A stretch of DNA of 64,000 bases from positions 12,586,001-12,650,000 of the forward strand of contig NC_043022.1 in NCBI RefSeq assembly GCF_006345805.1. The letters are read 5' to 3'. The stretch's first letter is position 1. Every line of letters begins with the position of its first letter. This document shows, piece after piece, positions 25,701-38,448 of the stretch. The notes beneath the pieces were generated by a model. The model was not told where the DNA came from, made no database searches, and saw nothing but the letters and a program-made list of their open reading frames with translations. Position numbers and translations under genes: made by a program. The DNA is from Octopus sinensis. Taxonomy: Eukaryota.

Positions 25701-28700
25701 ATTGAACAATGGAAATTCAACCTAAATACTAGGAGCTTGTGTTTTTTTTTATGTATATGTATTTATATTTATGTATGTATATATGTATGTGTCCTGGGCA
25801 TGACTTTAAACTGCATCCGGTAGTGGGGCCCTGGTTAGGGAATTCCAGGGTTTTGAGGAGTGTGGAACCACCTCTTAGCCACTATTGTTCCCCGGTCTAC
25901 TCTGACCCAGCATAGTAGCATGTCAGGGTCTCAACTATGAGTAAATGAGTATGTTATAGAAGAAACTCCAGACACAAACTTTCATTGCTCAGTGAATGCT
26001 TTGGAAAGGAAAAGTTAGGGCTGCCAACCTTACCTGCAAATCGAGGAGTGGAGCCCTTCAGATGGGTTCAGTGCCCCCTTTGATACCCTTCTGGCAACTC
26101 TAGGATAGGTGAACCTCCGTTTCCCTGTAAAGTAGTTCAACTAGAAGACAGCCACTCCAATGTAAAACCTACAGCTTGTTGGTCAATGCAGCTGTCTTAG
26201 CCTGCTGAGCCACTATAGTTGGATCTCCAAGTGTAAAGAATGGGATCAGATTGTGAGGAATGACTTTCACTTTAAAACTATTAATGTAGGCAAGAAGAAA
26301 AGCACTGCATCACTTAAGGGCATGCTACTCTTGCTCATGATCTTTGAACCCAAAGAAACTTATCATAAATGTGTGTATATATATATGTATTTATATACAT
26401 GTGTGTGTATATGCATGAATGTGTGTGTATATATATATATGCATGTATGCATATGTATGTATATTCATATATGTATTTAAACATATGCATGCATATATAT
26501 CTGGATATTTATATATGTATTTATTTATGCATGCATGTATAGGTTTTTATGTATTTATTTTATTTTAACAGAACCTTTCTTTAACTAATTTGCAGTAGTT
26601 ATACTTTAATTCAGCATTTGCCAATGAAATAACTTTTCATTTTAGCTGTATGTTGTGTCGTCTTAAGTTTGTGCATTGTGTACTCACTTTGAATCAGATG
26701 ACGAAAATATATGTAGCCCTGTCTGTTGTGGTTTTGTACCTGTTTGTGTTCCATTTGATATAAATATCCGCTATCACTCATGGAATCGATAATAGAGGCT
26801 ACAGTGCAAATTTCAAGGAATCTCATATGTTGGTTAGACTCTTCATTTAAATATGTCTAACTTAGTTCGAGACTTCACCACCATAATAGTATGAAAGCAG
26901 CAGTTTTGACGGTTACACCATCATTTCCACTATGACTACCTATCAAATTTGTACATGCACAGCAAATTCTTCTGGTCCTTCACGGAATTTACAGTTGCAT
27001 CCAGCTACATCAGTTTTGTTGAATTTATGACCCTTGCAGTGGTGACATTTTATACAAACAGTGCATGCTTTAAAGCAGTTGATGTAAATATGCACTGAAC
27101 CGATGTTGTGCACTAATTGCTGATCTCAGCCAAGATGATTACCATCTGTGCAATCTAGTTGCTTAATGAAAAGACCATTGTCATGGGGTTAAATAAATAA
27201 AATTTATACTACAGATAGTAGGCACTTGAAGTTAAAAACTATCCTGAAGTACTTAAACACCAAATCTAAATACAGAGCTGTACAATCAGTCAAAACAGAG
27301 CCCCCACTATATGGTGGATTGACCTGCTAGGAATAACAGACAAATCTTTTTCAAATTACATCTCGCTGACCTAAAAGGCAAATTAAATAATGTACTCTTA
27401 TATAAAGCTATGCCTATATAATAGATAAGATGGGCTTACTGGAACACCTTTGATTAAATGCCTGTTGGATCAGAACTGACCTGGAAGTAAACAACTACTA
27501 CTTACCTGAGCAAACCCCAAGAAAAATAGCTGCTTATGAGTGAGTCCAAGTGCTGGTAGAGGTAACTCAGTCTTGTGTGTCTTCACCCAGTCTTCGTACG
27601 CCTACAATGAGATACAGTGAAGAATTAATAAGACTATATTGCAGGATGTCTATGGGGAAGAGAGGTGTATGTTGGTGTGTAGGACCAAGAAACAGACTTA
27701 GGCTTACTTAGGTAAACATTTTTGAATTTGTTAAAGAGAAGTAGAAGATAGTAGTGTCACAGTAGTGATTAAATAAGTTGATAGATCCTTCCTGAAATTC
27801 ACCAACATCACTCCTGAACGGGAGCCAATGAACTTTTTCTTCTTCATAGCTCTTTTACGTTTATGTCTTTTATGTTTTAACCTGTAAACTATGTATATAC
27901 TTTTGATTAACCATTGCTGTCTTTCTTTTACTTGACTTATTTCTGATTTATCCCCTCTTGTACAGTTTTCTCACAAGTTATAGTGCATTTGAGCACTATA
28001 TACAAGAAGCTCATTGTTATTATTAAGATAGAGCAGAAGTGTTCGTGTGTTGGAGAAAATGCTGTCTACACACACAGAACAACAGTGCAATTTGATAGGA
28101 AACTATTAATCCAAGAGATAAAGAAACGGGTGGAGCCCACAGGCAGACAGCTTTGACAGGAGATTCAAATGCCAGACAGTTTAAAACTTTACTGATGTTA
28201 AAGGTGACAACATTACTTTCACCAAATTTTTATGAGATGAAAGCCCATTGGTAGTTGATATAGGAGAGTAGGTTATCAATAGATCAGGCTTTATGGAGAC
28301 TGTACAGATGATGATTCAGGAGAGAGATAGATTCAAGGTAGTGGATGGAGTGTGTCAGTGTTAATGGCTATCTCCATTAACTGGTAGTTGTTACAACTAA
28401 GTGCATTAGGGCAAGAAATGGCAGAATCAGAGAAGTTGCCTCTCTTGGGAATGAGATAAACTATGATGTATTTCTAAAGATCAGGGAAGATTCCTGTAGA
28501 GAGGAAGTGATTGAAAAGTTACCATATTTATTTGGATATAATACACCACATATGGACTCTAAAAATTACAGCAAAATATTGCTCGTGTGTATATTATGTA
28601 AATGACTATTGTAGAAAAAGCAACAATTAATAAGATTTATTATAATTGCTGTCTAAAGAATATTGTAAAAGTCCACACACTGTAATGAAAAACAAAAAGC

Positions 28701-29803
28701 AAATTCAAAAGTGGCCTTTGAACCTTTGTTGATGTAGATTTACATTTAATCAACATAGTGAAAAAAGTATTTTTAAATTTCAATTTTTCAAAATATATTT
28801 TTTAATCAGTCTCTGTAAAACTGAAATGACTTTCAGGAAAATTATTTTAAACACTCCAGCCAGTATTTCATATGTAATTTATTTATTTTTTTTTTTGTTG
28901 CTAATTAGCTATTAAAAAGCTATTAAAAAGAATATTAGCACTAATATAACCATGCATTACTATACAGCTAGCTATATATCTCACCACATGTTAAATATTT
29001 AATACTCCTTGTATTTAATTTCAACATTAACTAGCTCTCTGTTTCTTGCACCATGATTATTTTTCTATTTAGCTATTTAATTTCCCATATATTAAAGAGC
29101 TTAATACTTCCAGATATTACTTCATCATCATCATCATCATCATTTAACGGCCGCTTTCCATGCTGGCATGGGTTAGCATTTTTATGTATTACATGTAACA
29201 GTTTTATGTATTTGATGTGTTAATGATAACTTAGCTAGCTAGCTGTCTATCTGTTCGGTTGTCTTACTATAGACACACATTGTTGTGGTCAGCTATGAAA
29301 TACTTACATGATATGCAGATTTCAATCCACCATTGTCGGCGATATTTTCACCTAAAGTTGTTTTACCATTGATCTAGAAGAAAGAAATTATTGGACAATA
29401 ATTCAATTCCACTAATATTTGAATAAATTAAAAGTGAAATTAGAAATCATTATTATTTCAGGAGGTAAGTGTTGGTGTTGCAATGGTTGTGATGTTGTAT
29501 GAATGGTTATTTTGCAGTTGGAATCAGTGTAAAGTGTTATGGACATAACAAGTATTTAGTCTCATTGCTGTAGATTCTGAAATCAAAGTCTGCTCTGTAT
29601 GGTTTCTGTTTAAATATTGATTCAACAATTGCTTCATTGATCCATCACATAACTCAATAAATTTAATTGATTACATTAAAATGTAACAAAATTATCAGAA
29701 AATATTGATTTTCAGTTTTTTCCCCACATTCTGACAATATAGTGTTAGACAGGTCTGCAAATTTAGATGTTTTCATTTTGGTAAAATGTGTCTCTGCTAT
29801 GAT

Positions 29804-29835
<32 letters not shown>

Positions 29836-32800
29836 CCACACACGTTCTGTTATAACTCTAATCACATTCAGGATGTATCATTGGAATGTAAACTGTCCAC
29901 AAAACTTAAACTTTTGAGTTTTTTATCTCAGAGGAATGAAAAGCAAAGTCAACCTCAGTTGGTTTTTGAACACAGAACAAAAAGATCTGTAACTAAATAG
30001 TGCAAGGCATTTTGTACAATGCTATAATGATTTTGCAACTTGACTGCTATATTTAGCAGTCATATTCCTTGAAATCACACCCTACTAACTTAGGGAAAAA
30101 AGGGACAGATTGAATATTGTAATCCTCGATATACAATAGTCATGTGGTTAGGAAACCTTTGATGCTCAAATAGGTAAAATTGTTATGACACCCCCTTCCT
30201 GTTACCCCTCAAATACTTACTGGTTCTCCATTGATCTTATAGGAACTATATTGTTTCACCATACATTCTGTTTGTTTCTGGAACCTGGCAATGGAAGCAT
30301 TATTCCACCAGGGACGGAGGTTACCATATTTATCGTACTCACGACCTGAAGTTAGAGAAACAATATATATATATATACACATAGACACACAGGTGAGCAG
30401 AAAAGTCCATAGGTTGACTACAAAGTAGTGGTGCTAGAGCTCTAAAATTTTGTATGCATTAATTTCAACTCCTCTTATTAATAATTGCAGGATGGGGGTT
30501 GGATATGTGAGCCATAACAGTTGGGTGTGTGGCTAGTGGGGGTGGATGCATGGGCCACAACAGTTGGGTGGTTGGCAATGGGTGGACATTTGGCTGCAGT
30601 GGTTGGGGGATTGGTAGAGGTGGACATATGGGCCGTGGTGGTGGTGGTAATAGTGTGGGTTATGGTGGTTGTGCCAGTGAGAGGGAAGATTTAGGTGATA
30701 AAAATCTATGAAATTTTAAATATTGATAATAGAAGTGTAAGGTCAGCAGATGATGTGTACTGAAAATCTTACCTTGGTCATCAAAGCCATGAGTCAGCTC
30801 ATGTCCAATCACCACACCCATGGCACCAAAGTTCAAAGACCTAAAAATAGAGTAAAAAATTTTTAAATTCAACTAAATCTTTTTCAAGGAAGAAAAAATA
30901 TGCAGGTATATTCAGCAATTTCATGATATGGGGCAAGTAGGTTACATCAACCTCACTGCTCAAATAGTACTTATTTTATTGAGCCCAAAAGAATGAAAGG
31001 CAAACTTGACCTCAGCAGAATTTGAACTCAGAAGATAAAGGATGGATTAAATGCTGCAAAGCGTTTTGCCCAGCATGCTAATGATTCTGCCAGCTTGCCA
31101 TCTTAACTCTTTAGCATTCAAACCGGCCATATCCAGCCAAAATATTTAACCTGTTTTATATTGAAACTGACCAGATCTTGCCTCTCACCTCAGCCCTACC
31201 ATGTCATTCTAAAACTAAAAAATCACATCACTGAAATCTCTAAACTACAAGATAATGCAGGATTAATTCAAACCATTTTAAATAAACAAACATCACATTT
31301 GACAGAATAACCTGAACACTAAAGGGTTAAAGTAATTTAATATTAATAATAGTGGCAGAGTGCATGATGCACCAGAAGTGAAGCATGAAGTGATGGCAGA
31401 TAATGAAGTGAGTGTTGTGAGCAACCTCTTCTTGCCCGGGCAGTGGCTGAGAACAAACATGTGCAAAAGGGGTTTATCTACCAGCCAGCAGATGGGGTAG
31501 AGAGTGCCTCAGGCTTGCACAACAAGTTCCAATCAATAGTTGAAGAGTTCCTTTTTGGAATTGTTTGCAAGCTCAAAGTAAGAGATTTTTTACACTACAA
31601 AAATAATAATTATTTCTAACACACACACCCTCTAAAGTAGACCCCAATACTTAGTATTTGAATTTTTATTTTCTGGTGTCAATAACACCTGTTAATTTCA
31701 TTCAATTGCATGGCAGACATAATCCCATTATTATTCATGGTAAAACCACCACCTTCTGGCCTTTATTGGAGTTTTGTCTGTTGTCAGCTTTCAGAAGAGG
31801 TTTCTGGTTTGAGGGTGTCTTCCTTTCACCAACCACAGAAGCCCTGTAAAAAGAATAGGCACTTCCCTACTCTGCTTGCACTTGGTAAGTCGTTAAAAAA
31901 AAAGGTTCTTTTAATTTTTTTAATCGTAGTCATAATATTATCGTGGTTTCTTCATTTATGTTTTCTACAGAGAGAATGACAAATGTTGGAACCAACATGG
32001 TGAGTATACTATGCTATATCTATTAATATGGTAGCTTTACTGTTCATGGAACAGATTGATGTGATTTAACAGTTCCTGATAAGGATGAGTGAGGATCAAC
32101 TGTTCTTGATAAAGGTAAGACCTACTTGTTATTTATTTATTTGTTAACCATACTGGGGAGAGTCAAGAATAAAAGAGAATGAAATTCCAGAACTTATTTT
32201 AATGTCCCTGTTAATGGAACTGGCAACATCGTCGCTAGTTTATCTTCCTCTGCTATTTGATTAAAAAATTAAAATGAAATAGCCAAATCTCACCAGAAAC
32301 AACAACACTTTGAATTGACAATGGCTGTGGGTGTCAAACTTGACAGTTACTGATGCTGACCACTACATCATTTAAGGAACCTGATGTCCTAATTATTAGG
32401 ACTAGTAGGACCAGGTAAGCAACGAGATATTCTGTCTAATTTAAATTTTACGTAACTGTTTATTAACTTTGTTACCTCTTATCCAGTAGACTCATCTTTG
32501 AAGATGTTCTATCCGTAAGCATCTTACGTTTTCTTCAGACATATCTTGGACTAATTTATCTCTTTTTTTTTTTTTAAGCAAAATGAGCTATTTTCAAAAG
32601 ACGATTCTTTCAGGGGAAGTAAATCTGTAGTCAATAGCCTCCCTTGAAAATTGTTAGTCACGAAGATAAATGCAAGTACAAGTAAGCATAAAGGTTCTCC
32701 TGTTAGATAATGTGTTTTAATTGATTGGTTTAAAATAATATTATACAATTGTAGTTTATAATAATGGACTTATTGTTTCAGAAAGTAGTTGAAATAAATC

Positions 32801-35800
32801 AAAAATAGTAATTAGTTAAAAAAATAATAAAAATAGTTCTATTAATCACCATACTCATCTTCTGATTACATTACAGTTACTTTTTAATTATGCTGTTTAG
32901 AATTTATAGATAGACTTGGCTCTACTTATGAGGAATATTGCTGGTTTTTTAAAGTTCTTTTTTAACCTTTATGCTTATTACTAGATCATTCTTTCATAGC
33001 AAAATTTTACTATTGTAGCTTTTAATGAGGTTTATATTTTAAAATTGAACGACTGACACTGTAAATTTTGTCAGTTTGTTCTAAATTTCGGAGTTCCCCT
33101 TCATATATTCTATCTTGCATATCAGACAGTGGATGCCTCAATTGATGTTTCTATTTTGTTAAGTTTCTTAGGACATATACTTTTAAATAACTTGTCAATA
33201 AACATCCCTTCTATGGAGTTTGATATATATTTGTGTAGTTATGGTAATGGACTACTGATTGTGCGATCATAAGTTCAAATCCTCAGAGTAAGACATGTAA
33301 GTCTTCTTTATCTAGTTTATAGGTGCAGGCATGATTGTGTGGTTAAGTTTGCTTCTTAACTACACGGTTTCAGGTTCAATCCCACTGCACAACACCATGA
33401 AGAAATGTTTTCTACTATAGCCTGAGGTTGACCAAAGTGAAATTTGATGAATGGAAATAGGGTGACACAAAGAGACTTCCTACTCTGATGAGGCAAATTT
33501 TATCTGTTGCCCAGTTTAATATTATCACTTCACTATTGGGTATGTTTAACAGAGTTCACTTTATTGTATTAGGGGACTTGATAAAGGTTGTGGGCACTAC
33601 CTTCCATCTTCTGATTAAATCAAGAAATCCATCAAGCACAACCACACTACAATATTCTTGCCATCACATTGTCTCCCCATTCTCACTACACAAACATACA
33701 CCCACTTCCTTCCCTACACTGCAAGCAGACCACATTCCACCAACACCTGTTCTTCACGGATAGGTTTCTTATAAAACAATCCTTACTTGGGGAAGCTTTT
33801 ATCATAAAATGGAGCTCGTAGAATTCCTGCAGGAAAGAAGATTTCATTCTTTGATGTAGTGTAATAGGCATTAACAGTTGGTGGTGTCATTGCCCAGGTA
33901 TTCTTGGGTGGTTGCCTTAACTTTTCCATCATAGTTATCAAGGTAAATTTGTTGTCTCGTACGTTGTTCCAGAAATATTCTGATGCATTAATTTCCAGCT
34001 ACAGTTTGAAAATAAAAAGAACAGAGATGGGTTTAAATAAGTGAAAGCATTCAAAACCGATACGAAAAAGCAGTGAAAGAAAGGTTATATACTAACCCTT
34101 TCATAAATCTTGTCCAGTTTGGTGTCATTTAAGATGTTTGGAGGAAAACCAATCTGATCAACGATAGCATTAGCCTAAAAATAGAGAAATGGACAGTGTC
34201 AATTTGTCTGTTTCCCTGTCACAACTTCTCACAAAAAGCATCAGTTTTTTGCTAGAAGTTGTGATAGGGAGGGGATTTGGTTGATTGGTTCAATGCTAGT
34301 ATATTATTGGTACTTATCAAGCTAAAGGAGTAGTATATGTGGTTGCTTGTTTTACTAACAATAGAAACCAAATATCCCTCATATCCATAATCTTTTAAAT
34401 TCAGTCATTAGATTGTGGCCATGCTAGAGCACTGCCTTGAAGAATTTTTAATTGAATGAATAAACCCAAGAACTTTTTTTTAAGCCTGATACTTACTTTA
34501 TCAGTGTCTTTTTGCTAAACTGCTATGTTACAGGGACATAAACACACCAACACCAGTTCTTAAGTGATGGGTGGTATCAAACAAAGGCACAAAGATACAC
34601 AATAAGCTACTTTCAGTGTCCATATTTCCAAATTCACCCACAAGGCTTTGGTCAGCCCAAGGCTATAGTGTAAGACATTTGCCCAAGGTGCCACACAGGG
34701 GGACTGAACCTGAAACCATGTGGTTGGGAAGCAAACTTCTTACAACACAGCCATTTTAATTAAAGGATGATTTAATGTTAAAAAAAAAATGATAGAGTGG
34801 CCATGGTTGGAAAACTCTGATGATGTCCTATTAACAGCAACAAGTTTAAGAATATGTGTACACTATCATTGTTGGAAGTAGTGACTAACAAGGATGGCAT
34901 CAGGCAGGTGGGGTATCTGGATATAAAACACTGCTTTAGAAAACTCCTAAACCCATGTCAGCATGGAAAAACAAATGACAATGAGATGCAGGAATCAGAC
35001 TTTAAAAAAACTGTCCATGTTGGTTTGGGACATATACAGTATCAAACTTTCTCGTTAGCTCTATACACTGTGCATTCCAGAACTGTATCATGGTAGCTAT
35101 CTCTCTTAACTTCACCTCGTCATGTAAAAATATCCACCATCAGGTGAATATTTTATTCAACTATATTTTAGGATATATTTGTCCGTCTTATTCAACACAA
35201 CTGTTTTTGCTGTCGTTGTTGTCATTCTTTACAGTCAGTGTATTTAACAATTGGCATGATAACTTGGTTGGTTGGATGTTTTGTTGTTTGACATGGTCAT
35301 AGCTGGAACACTTTTGAACATCTGTCAGCAGAGTCAAGACTGACCTACAGCTAAACATGACATTGCTTTCACCAAAATATTTGATGACTAGACAACAATT
35401 GTGAAGTAATAAGGTGTATACATAATCATTTATACCTGTTAGAGGTGAGAACTGTGAGTAGCAAAGTGAGAAAGGTGTCTTTTTTTTTCTCCATGGGTCT
35501 AACATACATACCAAGGAGAGACAGAAAGAAAGAGAGAGATCAGCTTAAGGAATGAAACACTGTCTAGATTAGTCAAACTTTTAATGTTTGTTTCTTCTAA
35601 ACAAAGATTATCTTGCAGAAGTTCAAACTGTATTGACCTCACCAGCGTGGAAGGACCTATAAGGCTTATCTATAGCCACTGACTAACCCTCCCTGTCCTC
35701 AGGCTAAATCTGTTTAAACATACAATGATAAAAGGTTCTACCACCTCAGACTGTGTGTCCTGGTGGTTGAAAAGGTCAGCAAAGATAGCCTGTGCTGGAG

Positions 35801-38417
35801 TTTTGCAGGGAGACAACTTAAAAAATGGTTGACAACAATGTTTGGGTAGACAACTAATGCTGTGTTGTTGTAAAGTCACATTAAACCCACTCAACCCATG
35901 CATCTCTCCTCCTCCTGTCACTTGATGTGTCTCAATTTTCTCGGTATTTTCTCCCACAACTGCAACTCTCTGAAATTTCTCTTTGTTCAAATTTTTCCTT
36001 GTAGATGACCTAGAAATTTTTAAACTGACCCTCAACCCTATCAATCCAGTAGGAAGCTTGTAACATTGTCCCTCCTTTCACTAAAACAACAATCACATGT
36101 GTACCCTCCTAGATATGGCACAGTCACACAACTTTAACAAATGGGGACATGTTACCTTATCAATTGCTGCTTTCCTTGTCTCTTCATCCATCCATGACAA
36201 ATATGGAAGATTCTGTTCAAAAGCTTTTTTAATGTCATCCACCATTGATTCAGCCTAGAAAGAAGAATGGAAATTTCACAAGCATTAAAGCAAAATTAAA
36301 TAATATACCACAATATTTATTTGTACAGGTGTCTATAATAGCCTTAGTGGCTAACAATATTTATTATCATCAGTTTAGAAATAGAAATTCCTAGTTCAAA
36401 TCCTATTTGAGAACATAATTGTAGATATAAATATTTAATTTAAATAATTAAAGATAAATATGGAATATAATTAACAACAACTTATTACCTTGGGCATTTA
36501 ATTATTAACCATTTCATTGAAAAGGTTTTCATATGGAGTGAGGATCAACAATAGTAATAGTCATAGATGTTAATACTACACACACGGGAGAGATGTATGA
36601 AATTCACTAACCACATCATCTCTCTTGTCCTCTCTCCTACATCCCTCTTAGACATAAAAAAAATCATGAATAAAGAATAGGACATCATGGCTGGTATATC
36701 TTTGACCATAGGTCTACTAGATCAGGGTTGACCTGGAGCTAAATAATGTTTAGGGTACTTTTGAGTTAATATCTGTACTGACAGAAGAGGTAAGGTTCCA
36801 GCATACAAAGTCTGTGATTTGTTATTGATTAATGATCATGACCAATTCCTTTCAGCTCCATTACTAATATTTTTTGAGAAAGTCATGAACATCACAACAT
36901 TGCACACAGCCCATCTATAATCTAAACCTCTGGTTATGAATATGTCTAGATTCTAAAATATAAAACATAAAAATTATAATTTGAAGATGTCATTTTTTTG
37001 TTTTTTCAGTTCTGACATAAAAAAAAAAAAATTAGCAAAAACATAACATTTTGATATTTTTTACTTTCTAATCAAGAATTCCTTTCTTTGAAATAGGTTT
37101 TGATTTTATTTTTTAAATTCTCCAGTTTAATTTTCTAGATTGATCTTCAGTCATATGAATCACTCTCTTTAGAAACCACTCACTCTTCAAACTTTTATAA
37201 TCACTAACAATCTCTCCCCACTCCCAGCCTGGCATTTATACTAATTGCTAGAATGAGAAGGGAGTAGGGATGGGGTAAGTGGAGGAAATTCAATGAGTCA
37301 AATTGATGTTATTCAAGAAATCTTTGAGAGTGAAATTATAAAGATTGTTCACCCTCTTCTCCCATAGTCAATACTTCCAAACAACCTTTGGCTAACACTC
37401 AAAATCTTTTCTCCATGAAACCTATTATTATCATTATTATTATTATTGGTTTGATTAGGCAGTGAGCTGACAGAATCATTAGTGCACTGGACAAAATTCT
37501 GAGCAGCATTTCTTTAGTCTTTATGTTCTGAGTTCAAATGCTGTTGAGGTTGACTTTAATTTTCATCTTTTTGGAGTCAAATATTGGGATGATATATATA
37601 ATCAAGTAGTCTCCTCCTGCAAAATTTCAGGCTTTGTGCCTATAGAAGAAAGAATTATTATTGTTTAGGTGTTGAGTTGGCACTGAATCATAACCATGTC
37701 AGAAAAAATGTTCTGCAGCTTTTCTTCTGGCTCTGAGTTCTGAGTTCAATAAAATAAGTTCCAGTTAAGCACTAGGGTTGATGTTATTGACTTCCCCTCC
37801 CCTCAAAATTGCCAGCTTTGCACTATAATTAGAAAGAATTATTATTATTACATGTCTGATTTAGACACCAGAGCAACAATTTTGCGGTGATGGGCATAGT
37901 CGATATGACTGACCTCAATATCTGACCAGTACTTTTTGTCAACCTTGGAATGATGAAAGGCAAAAATTAGTGGGATTTAAACTCAGAATAAAAAGGACTT
38001 GAACACACAGTTCAAATCCTGCTGAGGTCAACTTTGTTTTTTTCATCCCTCTAAGGTCAATAAAATAAAGTACCAGTCAACAACTGGGGTCGATGATATC
38101 AACTACTCACCCTCTCCTTCAAAGTTGCTGGCTTTGAGCCAAAGGTGATGATGAGCTGGTAGAATTGCTAACATATTGGACAAAATGCTTAGTGGCATGT
38201 CTTCCAACTTTACTCTCTCTCTCTCTTTTACTCTTTTACTTGTTTCAGTCATTTGACTGCGGCCATGCTGGAGCACCGCCTTTAGTCAAGCAAATCGACC
38301 CCGGGACTTATTCTTTGTAAGCCCAGTACTTATTCTATCGGTCTCTTTTGCCGAACCGCTAAGTGACGGGGACGTAAACACACCAGCATCGGTTGTCAAG
38401 CAATGCTAGGGGGACAA

Positions 38418-38448
<31 letters not shown>

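Noticed and set aside
30529-30711. Gly-rich ORF (MASGGGCMG...)
   Set aside because: Product of a degenerate GT-rich ~40-bp repeat between exons L and M; no splice or homology support.
35670-36044. 124-aa minus-strand ORF just downstream of ECE exon I
   Set aside because: No M13 similarity; the true next exon is 34174-34097, which fits the alignment; no recognisable domain in any frame.
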